This document shows, one piece after another, positions 1 to 10,567 of a DNA stretch of 64,000 bases. Origin of the DNA: Macrostomum hystrix (lineage: Eukaryota > Animalia > Platyhelminthes); the NCBI GenBank assembly GCA_950097015.1, contig CATNEN010000025.1, positions 3,100,001 to 3,164,000 of the forward strand, written 5' to 3'. The notes beneath the pieces are model-generated. The model ran no database searches. It saw only the letters and a list, made by a program, of their open reading frames with translations, and was not told the DNA's origin. The translations under genes and the position numbers were made by a program. Positions within the stretch are counted from its first letter, which is position 1; each line of letters starts with the position of its first letter.

Positions 1-4
1 TGCA

Positions 5-2455
5 ATGGACCCGCAGATCAGCGAGGCAGAGCTGAAAGGTGAGGGTCAGTAACAATATTGCGGCTGCATTTCACGCTATCATCATCATCGACATGCGCAA
101 CTTCTTCAGCTACTTCTGTGTCGCTACCTCTCTGCCTCTCTACTACCTACATCTCTGCCTCTCTACTACCTACATCTCTGCCACTCTACTACCTACATCT
201 CTGCCACTCTACTACCTATATCTCTGCCACTCTACTACCTACATCTCTGCCACTCTACTACCTACATCTCTGCCACTCTACTACATACATCTCTGCAACT
301 CTACTACCTACATCTCTGCCACTCTACTACCTACATCTCTGCCACTCTACTACCTACATCTCTGCCACTCTACTACCTACCTCTCTGCCACTCTACTACA
401 TACATCTCTGCCACTCTACTACCTACATCTCTGCCACTCTACTACCTACATCTCTGCCACTCTACTACCTACATCTCTGCCACTCTACTACCTACATCTC
501 TGCCACTCTACTACATACATCTCTGCAACTCTACTACCTACATCTCTGCCACTCTACTACCTACATCTCTGCCACTCTACTACCTACATCTCTGCCACTC
601 TACTACCTATATCTCTGCCACTCTACTACCTACATCTCTGCCACTCTACTACCTACATCTCTGCCACTCTACTACATACATCTCTGCAACTCTACTACCT
701 ACATCTCTGCAACTCTACTACCTACATCTCTGCCACTCTACTACCTACATCTCTGCCACTCTACTACCTACCTCTCTGCCACTCTACTACATACATCTCT
801 GCCACTCTACTACCTACATCTCTGCCACTCTACTACCTACATCTCTGCCACTCTACTACCTACATCTCTGCCACTCTACTACCTACATCTCTGCCACTCT
901 ACTACATACATCTCTGCAACTCTACTACCTACATCTCTGCCACTCTACTACCTACATCTCTGCCACTCTACTACCTACATCTCTGCCACTCTACTACCTA
1001 CATCTCTGCCACTCTACTACCTACATCTCTGCCACTCTACTACCTACATCTCTGCCACTCTACTACCTACATCTCTGCCACTCTACTACCTACATCTCTG
1101 CCACTCTACTACATACATCTCTGCAACTCTACTACCTACATCTCTGCCACTCTACTACCTACATCTCTGCCACTCTACTACCTACCTCTCTGCCACTCTA
1201 CTACCTACCTCTCTGCCACTCTACTACATACATCTCTGCCACTCTACTACCTACATCTCTGCCACTCTACTACCTACATCTCTGCCACTCTACTACCTAC
1301 CTCTCTGCCACTCTACTACCTACCTCTCTGCCACTCTACTACATACATCTCTGCCACTCTACTACCTACATCTCTGCCACTCTACTACCTACATCTCTGC
1401 CACTCTACTACCTACCTCTCTGCCACTCTACTACCCACCTGTCTGCCACTCTACTGCCTTCCTCTGTGCAACTCTACTACATACCTCTCGGACACTCTAC
1501 TAGCTACCTCGCTGCCACTCTATCTACGCCAATGTCGCTACTATCTTCCTACCTACGTGTCTGCCATTCTACTTGTGCATGTGCACTATCAAATATATCC
1601 CTCACTCATAGCTCCAACGGTAAGTATATCTTATCATGCTCCTAACTTGTCATCAAACTCATCAATGAATCTCATTTCAGACATGTTCGCTCTATTCGAT
1701 CAAAACAATTCGGGCTATATCGAGAGTTTCGAGTTGCGCAACATTCTGCAGGCCATGGGTCAGAATCCGACGCAGAAAGATGTGGATAACATCATTCAGG
1801 AGGCGGACGTTCTTGGTGAGTTTCTGAAGTTTGTTTAGCCCTCAGAAAGCAGATTTTCAGTGATTATTTTTATTTTGCAGTTAAAGACGGCAAGATAGAC
1901 TTTGACGAGTTCTCTCGCATTATGAAAACCAGTGGCACCTTCAAGACGACAAATGAGATGGACAACGAATTGCTGAACGCTTTTGAGGTAATCCGCAGTC
2001 CTCCGTCCTTCTCGTTATTCACTCAGAAACTCATTTGAGACGTGCGGGTGCCTTTGTGCGTATGCAGGTCGCATCAGTGCCAACAATGCCCCAGCAAATA
2101 ATACTAGCCATCAACACCCCTTAATCTGTTTGGCTATTAAAAATTACCAACCTACAATGCTCGATTCCCCAACCGGACAATTCAGATGTTTGATCGTGAC
2201 AAGAACGGCTACATCAGCCGACAGGAGCTGGAGTTTGTACTGAAGTCCATCGGCGAGCCAATGTCCACCGAGGAGATTGACGAGATGTTCAAGAGCGCTG
2301 ACGCCAACGAGGACGGCCGCATCAGCTACAGAGGTTAGCCGAAGCTGTCTGTTCACTCTAGATACTAGATACTCTCGGATACTTGAAAACTAGCTGAATT
2401 GGCTCCTTATTCCATTTCAGAGTTCGTGGTGATGTTCAACCACTCATCTCGATGA
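5..2455 (+). CDS. Calmodulin-like EF-hand protein, 152 aa, 5 exons (5-38, 1681-1815, 1881-1987, 2186-2333, 2421-2455)
   Basis: All introns are GT-AG and phases join (1,1,0,1). EF loops DQNNSGYIESFE, DRDKNGYISRQE and DANEDGRISYRE are canonical; the second loop is atypical. Intron positions match the conserved calmodulin gene layout. AATAAA at 2617-2622. Confidence 0.9.
123..1495 (+). repeat. 23-bp minisatellite (ctctgccactctactacctacat)n in intron 1 of the calmodulin-like gene
   Basis: Direct tandem repetition, about 60 units with point variants. Confidence 0.97.
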
Positions 2456-2699
2456 TAGAACCAAAAGTATTTGAAGAAACTCGAAGGCAAATGCCTGCAA
2501 AAAGCAGGATGTGCAGGTCGACCAAATCATTGGATTTTTAATTTGTTACTAACTGTATTTTTCGCCTCATTTGTCTCCTATGATTCACTTTATTCGAATA
2601 CATTTTACTTCCTTTGAATAAAACAAATTATTTTGTCGTGTTGTATCAGACAGACAGCAATTGAAACTGTACTTTAATAAATTTATTTTATATTTGCAG

Positions 2700-2999
2700 T
2701 GGACTGGCGCGTAATTTAGTGACAGTAGACCCACAGCCAGCGAGGAGCCAATTCGACCCATTCCGCTGACTCCTGAGCATACACTCACACAAGTGTGTAC
2801 ATCTGCATCTGAATTTCTGGTCGTCAGGCAGTTGTACACTCTTACTGTGCCTTGGGAGTTGGTCCTCAATGTCGTAAATTGCATGACAAGCCGCAAATTC
2901 TTCTCTCCGAGGCCCCAAATGAATGACATCCTCGGCCGAATTGAGCTCAGGGACCTTGGTGCGAGAAGCAAGTGTTCGACCTCTCAGCGATTCACCCCG
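2700..2999 (-). mobile_element. tRNA-derived SINE, family A, copy 1
   Basis: Reverse complement aligns with the copies at 3032, 18171 and 42512 (head ggggtga..., gccaacctcc..ggcacag body, gggcagaattg.ctcctcgctgg 3' part). Confidence 0.85.
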
Positions 3000-3031
3000 A
3001 CGATGTTCTTAGGAAGTAAATATCAGGTCAG

Positions 3032-3383
3032 GGGGTGAGTGGCAGGGCGGTTCGCCTCTCCCACCAAGGCCCCTAGCTAGATTCCGCGTCGAGGCCACAT
3101 TTATTTAGGGCGTAGCCGCGGAGAGAAGGCTTTGGGGCTTGTCATGCGATTTGCGCTCGTGAGGGCCAACCTCCAAGGCACAGTACACTGCCTGATGATA
3201 AAAAAGTCAGGGCAGATGTAAAAACCTGCGTGAGCGTATGTCTGCGGACAATATCTGTGTGCGTGCGTGCTCAGGAGTCAGCGAAATGGGCAGAATTGCC
3301 TCCTCGCTGGTTACGGGTCTATTGTGTCACCAAATGGTGTGCCATTGCCCACAGCCCTCCTGCAATTATTATTATTATTATTA
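3032..3383 (+). mobile_element. tRNA-derived SINE, family A, copy 2
   Basis: A-box-like tggcagggcgg head, family body, (ATT)n tail. Confidence 0.88.
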
Positions 3384-4830
3384 AATACCAGGTTTTGTCC
3401 AGATCTTAATTATAAAGAGCATCGAGTACGAATGCATCATGCCAGACTAATACGCGTGGCGTAAAAGTCACCCGATAGCAGCAGTCACCTTTTCCTAGTC
3501 TGACTACAGTATGGCGGCGTCAGGCGACTGGGCTACTCAAGATTAAACATATCGCCATAGGCCAGTGGTCTGCTTCTAAATAGAAACAATTTCGTCTTAA
3601 AGCTTGTTTCCAGCACCAGCGCAGACACTGGTGTCACACGGCTTGAAATATCTGCCAACCTTCACGTCTTGCAGCTGTGCACTAACAAACCTGCAAACTC
3701 TCTGTCCTCTAAGATACAGAACACAACCTTTGGCCGGCCCATCTACTGCCGGGTTGACTTTTGACCCCAAGCCCAGTCCAAATTGTCCAGTCACTCCTCA
3801 ACGGCACTTCCTAAGCGTGACTGGGTCGTTACATTGTCCTCAGGCAACTGGGTCATGATTCATGTCATGTGTATTGCAGCTGATCTAAAAGTGATCAGCT
3901 CTGAGAGATATCAATTGGGCTCGATGATAAGCACACGAGCTGCTTCACCCAGTTATTGGTGGATCGAGCACTCGTGGAAGGCGTGATGAATATTTGGCAT
4001 GCTTCTTTTGACTAATTTCATATCTTCTGCCGCCAGTTGGTATTAAAACTGGATAGAATGCCGCAAGCTACACTATGAGAGTGCATGTGAATCCTGTCGT
4101 ATTATAAAGAAGAAAAGTACAGTTCTACACTCAGGGATGTAACACAGAAAGAGAATTTATGATGCCAAAGCTTCTCAGAAGAAAATATTACAAAGGGCCA
4201 TTAATAATGTAGCGCTGCCAACGCTTCTTCCAGCCCAAATGAGATAGAAATGTGATTCATTTTCCACCAGTAGACCGGGACTAAAATCCATTGGCATTAG
4301 CAACTATCAGCGGAAGGACAGACTGGCTCTTGTCAGCTTCCATAGCTATTTATCTTCTCTGTTTGCATTGTCAAACTGCTCATTTTCGCGGTGATAAGGG
4401 TGGCCTGTTCACTACACACAGCCTTCTGTTGAGATCATTGACTTACTCAGTTCCTATTTAGATTTTATCTCTAGCAGTACTTATCCGGCATGGTCTCGTT
4501 ATGCTCAGCTGAGTTAGTCTTTTCAAAGAGCGCAGTGACGCAACTTCGCAAACGTCGGCAGCTGTCGTCCCGACGTCATGAAGTCCCGAACCTCACCGCC
4601 CACGCTAACGCTAGCCTCTTGTAGTGAACGCGGCTGGATTTCCACAATCCAAGAGGCTAAAAATAGTCACTATCCGAGGGCCCACCTCACTGATAAGTTG
4701 CAGGAATGCAATCATTTTTCACTATAAATACGGCTTGGATTGCTGCCACCCTCCCAGATGGTGACATTGAGAGAAGGCTAAGTGATTCGAACACCAGACA
4801 GGCGGCTATTGTAGAAAGGAGTTTCTCAGA

Positions 4831-5691
4831 ATGCTATCAGAGCTTTACCCACTAGTCTTTGTTTTCATCTGCTTGAGTGCTGCATCAGGTAAGACACTGA
4901 TTCTCGTTATCTTTCATTGGAATTTCATCATTTGTTTAAATCTGTCATTGGTCTTTGTTAATAATCGGTAAGGAAACTATTCAGATAGTAGGGGCAGAGT
5001 GTACAGCGCTAACGAAAGCTTCTCAGCTCGTTAGGAAATAATGTCACTTTGCGATGGAACACTGAAATCCCAATAATTCCATTCCACACCCACATCCGTC
5101 CAGCCTCGCCGATCGCTCATCGCAATCGCCTATCTGAGGATCGCTACTGCCGCGTCGGCCTCTACATTCACGACAGCGACAACCCGGTGCAGTCGGGCAT
5201 CTGTCCGCCGCGGCTAGACTGCGCCAAGCTGCTGCGGCTGCCGCCAGACCAAATCAGATGCGGAGTGAGCGTCTTTTTATTGTGTTTAAAATTAGCGTTC
5301 AAAATCAATTTACGGAAGGAGGCTTGTCAGGTGGTTTCGTTCCACGACCTTCCCATTGAGTTACTCGTCCTAAGTTCCTAGATTTAAAAAGTCCTATTAT
5401 TGAACGCATTGTTACTAACGCTACTATTCCTCCTTACATAAGGGCAATCTGAAATTCTCATTTCAGGTGGAGTTTCAGGAAGACTTCAACGATTTCTCTG
5501 ACCGATGGAGCAGTACTGTTCTGCGCTACGGTTGCAGGCGTCTAGCGCAGTGTTCCACGCGAGATTTGGACGGTTCCAGCGTGTGCTACCGCGCCAAGGA
5601 CACCAGGCAGCGCTACCAGCTCTATAGTGCGTTCTACCCGCTGCGCACCAGGATCTCTAGTATTGAGGACGCCCCTTTCCTGTGTCCGTAG
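4831..5691 (+). CDS. Small secreted Cys-rich protein, 147 aa, 3 exons (4831-4888, 5104-5264, 5467-5691); no family recognised
   Basis: ATG then hydrophobic signal-like MLSELYPLVFVFICLSAASA. Donors cag|gtaag and gga|gtgag, acceptors ccag and ttcag; phases 1 and 0 join. Eight Cys after the signal peptide. Confidence 0.8.
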
Positions 5692-6296
5692 CTTCATCCT
5701 ATCGGACTTTATCCCTAATAAGCTCAGTGTTGTGTCCGCCGTGTCTCTACAAGCGCATTTCTGTGTTATATTCTTGACCGTCTCTGTAACTCTTTAGTAG
5801 ATTTTCACCTTTGAGTGCACTTCTTCTGTATTAACTCTCAAGCTTTACCTTAGTAAAATTTTTCTGAAAACGCGTACTTATTAAATTCTCATCAGTTTCA
5901 TTAAATGGATATCCAGTTTCCAGTAGAAACTCGTATATTTAACATTGTAAGTACGTTTTAGAAATCAGAGACGGAATGTATTTAACTTGTAAAATTAACC
6001 TTCAAGCCAATAAACACGAAACGAAATCTAATTTCGAAAATATATATATGTGAACTTCAAGAAAAATTTTACCTAAACTTGTTTAATACAGAATTCGAGC
6101 ATAAATACTCGTAATTTAAAAAGCAATATGCTTTAAAAATCCATAAAAATATTACAAGCGATGGTCCAGTTTTATAATATGACTTGATTTTCTTATACAT
6201 ATGAGCACTGATTGCAAATTAAATAAAAACGAATAATGTCTAGACCACCTACATTTATACAGGTTATCGACATGCTAGAAGGATACTCGCATTAAG

Positions 6297-9200
6297 TCAC
6301 ACAAGTCGATTTCCCTTTAGACTTGGTCGATGCTGTCGACTTCTTGAAGCACCTGCCGACACAGAAAGCCTGTGCTGCTGCTGCTGCGGCTGCGGCTGCA
6401 TCTGTTGCTGCAGGGCACTATCTCGCTGCATTCGCACTGCGGAATGAGCCTGTAATATTCTCAGCGCATTGTTGGGCAGCATGTAGCGCCTGGTGTGCTG
6501 ATGACCGTGCTCAAGATGGCCCGAAGCAGCTGTGCACGGCTTCCGCTTGACTAGCACTGTGCCGCCAGGCAGTGGCACCTTCTCTGGCTGGAGAGTGGCC
6601 AAGTGACCTCTTTAGCACCGAACTGGACAGAAATTGTTTCATTACTTTTTTAATTCAGTCTTAACTTTAAACTCACATCTAGGTTGTACCGCCTTAGCTT
6701 GGTGACACCCTCGGTTGTGGCGGAGACTGCCGCTTGCGGCTCATCCTGATGAATTGAACAGCGCCGCAAAAAGTCGCCGATGCGATCCTCCAAGCCAACT
6801 AGCACCGTGTCGCTCGTCTCCTCGTCGAAGGTGGCTGCAGCGGGGCCACCTTCGGATGCAGCTGCTGGCCGCTGCTGCTGTCTATGCGGTTGTTGCTGCT
6901 GCCCGACACCGCCAGATTTTAGTGACAGTCGCCGCCGCACCTCCTTGAGACGCTGCATCATCTTCAGCATGACCATCAGGCTGATCTTCTCGCCCGACGC
7001 ATTCTGAACTGTGGTGGTCTCCAGGATTTCGTTCACAATGTCGCCCGGGCCGCGGGCGGAGGTTTTCTGAAGCTCCTTGTGCATCTTCAGCACGTCTTCC
7101 GGCTCTGTATCCCGCTTGTAGTTTGTTAGTTGACGCAGGGAGCGAGCCTGGAAAGTTTAAGGCGGAAGGACTACCGCAGTCAGGAATCAAATAATCAACA
7201 ACGGCCAAACTACTAAGCTAGTTAGGTCAGGTGTACTGTCAGTGGCATAGCGCAGCCTCTCAAAGGCGCATCCTAAGGCCACACCCCATCCAGGTTTCTA
7301 CCCGAGCAAAATCTGATACACTTTTTCACAGCTGAGTGAACTGAAGCCATGGGAAATGAAGTGTCCCACTCAAGGACACAAATTGCTACCATTGGGTATA
7401 GATTCGAAAAAATCTGTCTTAAAAAGTCCGAAGCTAATCACCGAGATGCAAGTACTACTGATAGTAGAGCAGTAAAAGCGATTACATATCAGTATTGAAT
7501 ATTTATATTTGGAAAATGCCACTGGCCTGGATGTGGAACTCGCGCCTCGCCACCCGGTCCTCTTGATCCTCCCGGCTCCGCTCCTCCTTCTCCCGCAGTC
7601 GTCTGGCCCAGTAGCCGCTCTGCCTGTGCGAGGCCAACCTCACAGCCAGGCTGCCTGGCACGCAGGGTCGAACCAGTGCCGCCTTGTCCACGAGAAACAG
7701 CTTCGCGAGAGTGACCACCTCGCGATCCCGCTGAGTCAAGTGGGTGGACTGCAAGCGGATCTCTGAGGGGGCAGGACGTCGGGCCAGCAGCTCTCTGTGC
7801 AGACGTCCAGCGGACATTGCGAACAGAGTGGCGCCGTCCGCGGCGGAGGCGTCAACCTCCGGAGTGGAAACGGCAGACTGACGTGCCAGATGATGGAGAC
7901 GCTGGTGTACCTTTAAAAATTTGATACATTTACTCGGAAATCGCCAGGTTCTTCACAAAAGTAACTCTAGGCTCAGTTCAGCTCGATTGATAATTAAACT
8001 TTTTTCTTATCGATGAAAAACTGGAGCATTAAACACTCGTAGAAGAAACAAGATGCTACTAGTAAAAGGACTGAGTGAAAAGTTTTCGATTCTCACCTTC
8101 TCAAGTACCAGCAGCTTCAGCAGATCCACAGTTCGCTGATTTCGCCTGGTGATGAGTCGTTCGATGTTTTGCAGATCGAGGATAAGCGTCTCCACCTCAC
8201 CCATGGCCCGATAGGAGCAGCTGTGAGTATGCAGTCCGAGTGCGTACTCAAAATCTCCTGTTGCCCAGTATTTAAGGGGGAGAAATGGACAGCTTAGTTG
8301 GCAAGCAGTGAGGCATGACTCTTACTTCCTTCGTCCCATGCAGGCAAACTCAAACACTTTTGCAAACAAAACAGGTGTTTGTTCAGCGTGAGAGTTTGCG
8401 TGTGCGCGCCAGGGTTTCTCAATCTTGGTGTGCTCATTTTACATACTATTATATAAAATACTAATATATATTTTTATTTCTACTTAGCTTCGTTAGTCTA
8501 TGGTCGAACTAGAACCTTAAAGCAATGGCAATGAGTACCCGAATGCATGCCTTTAACGGTGCGAGGCTAATTCTCTCCAAGCCTCACCAATGCAGTCACC
8601 GTCCTCCACAAACGCCAGGTGCCGATTCCGGCCCGTAGCCAGCCTCTCCGCCTCCTGGTAGCCGAGCTCTCGCCTCACCCGAATGGCCTCCTGTTGCAGC
8701 GACTTCTGCTCACAGTTGGCCCTCCGCTTGCGCCTTGCCAGAAGGGCCTCCAGCTCGGTGGTTTGTCTCCAGGTGGCGAACTGCACCGGGTACTGGCGCC
8801 GGTGCTGGCCGCTATCCACGGACACGGCCACAACGCCTCTGGCGAAGGTTAAGAACGAGGCAAATTTAAGATTTGTAGTTGTTTTTATAGCTTTTATCGT
8901 TTTAATCGCTGTAAAATATTGGTGCTCATCGTGCTCTAAAAGCGTTGGCCGCATAACTCGTAGCCCTAGAAAACGTGGATGGCATTCAGATCCGTCAAGT
9001 TACTATAGCTTTGACATCAGTACGCAACAAAACAAATATTGATAAAAAGCACACTAACACTCACCGGATTATAAAGTGCAACGCAGCAAAAGGCTGTCCC
9101 TGACGCACGATGACGCTGTCGTATGGAAAGCGCTCCTTGCGCAAGCTCATCTCCAGCAGGCGCTTGAACCGGGGCGTCCACCAGTTGAACAGGTGGCTAC

Positions 9201-10567
9201 GGTCAATGAACCCATGCCGCTCAGCGTACTCTTTCTCCTGCTGGCTCTGCGGCGAGAGGTGCAATTTGGGACAACTGCCGATTTTCAGGGTGCCTATTTA
9301 ACTTTCAAGAGTATATTTCGTCCTATTAAAAAGAACTTGTGGACTGGGGGTGACGCCACACCACCCTTAATTACCCCAGCTGATGCTGGTACCCATTAAT
9401 CAGCTGGGTAAACTGAAGCAATGCAGATTAAAGTGTATTGCTAAAAGACAAAAATTGCTCCAGTGGAGCCGAGAATCGAACCCCCGACCTTTAAGTCATG
9501 AGTCTGACGCACTATCCAGTAGGTTAAGAAAGAAAAAATTATGACCTCCTGAGTATATTAAGAGTGGTTTAATGTACTCATACGTATACTTTAAGCAAAA
9601 TAAGTTTAACTAAAGTCAAAATAAATCTAAATCTACTGGAAGTAAGTACTTGTCACATCAAAAGTTCATACAAGCTTCTGCTTACTTTAAAAGCCCGGTT
9701 GAAAAGGTCCCGGCTTATCACTAGCAGGTCGGTATCCTCATCGGCTATTATAGAGGCATTGCGCACAGACTCCTCTGTCATGAGAGCGATCTCGCCGAAG
9801 CACTTGCCAGCCTCTGAGGAATATTTTAATACGTTAAAATAACGATAAAGTTTCGATTCTATCAAATGACCAACTGAGATCCAGAGCTAAAAGGCGAAAA
9901 TAAATTGGGAAAACTGTCTCACCTAACTGGAAGATGAAGTTGCCAAGGAGCTTGCGGTCAAATTGCCGCACCTCGTCATTCTTGGCCTCCGGCTGCAGCA
10001 GTCGCTGCTTGTCCTTGGCCTCCTGGTCGAGCTGCAGCAGCAACTGTCGCATCTTCTCCGCGCCTGACAGGACTCGAGGAGGAGCCGCTGAGGCTGGGGC
10101 GGTGAACGAAGCAGCTCCCAGAGCTTGCCTAGTAGACTCCTCATCCTCCACGCCCGCTGTTGGCGCCACTTCGCCACTTTTGTTTGGATCGATGAAGATT
10201 GAAGTTCGACCGGACAGCATCACATAGAATCTTGATTTGTTAGGTGGGAATAAACGTCTTTTTCGTTCGTTTCGTTCACTACGTTCATAAGGATCCGAAT
10301 AGACAACTCACTCTTCTCCGCGTTCGCCTTGCCAGATGATGACATCATCGCGCTGACACTTGCGATACTCGCAGTTACGCAAAATGTCGAGCATCACTTC
10401 TGCAGAAAATCACTAGCCCACGTTATGACTCAAAATTAACTCATTCTTTTAGACAGAGTTTAAATTTAACCTCACCTTTAGAAGCTGTGCCGAACACTGG
10501 CGACTGCTTTGATAGCCAGGGAATGATGTCGGCCATGTCCTGCTCGGACCGGCTGTTTGGTGACCGG
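6297..10567 (-). CDS. Cyclic-nucleotide-binding-domain protein (CNBD1/CNBD2-like, two cNMP domains). Exons 10567-10476, 10399-10312, 10230-9923, 9813-9686, 9246-9065, 8838-8588, 8257-8097, 7910-7527, 7147-6677, plus an uncertain last exon
   Basis: All nine exons join in phase. Motifs DVIIWQGERGEEFYVMLSG, CFGEIALMTEESVRNASIIADEDTDLLVI (phosphate-binding cassette) and a second domain DSVIVRQGQPFAALHFII. Start exon and stop position (6551 or 6297) are unresolved. Confidence 0.85.
7270..7430 (-). mobile_element. Degenerate SINE family B copy (intronic)
   Basis: cagctgagtgaactgaagc...gaagtgtcc..caaggacacaaa resembles the copies at 9400 and 42460. Confidence 0.55.
9340..9525 (-). mobile_element. 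tRNA-derived SINE family B with CORE-like central domain
   Basis: B box (gaatcgaacc on +), central actgaagcaatgcag..gtgtattgctaaaagacaa, and ggtgacgccacacc shared with the other B copies. Confidence 0.8.

Noticed and set aside
39-1838. 599-aa and 481-aa ORFs
   Set aside because: They are translations of the 23-bp array. The 599-aa ORF starts at the intron donor GT and is out of frame with exon 1; only its last ~45 codons are the real calmodulin-like exon.
3420-4020. Possible decayed transposon coding sequence on the minus strand
   Set aside because: All frames are broken by stops and I found no motif I could name with confidence.
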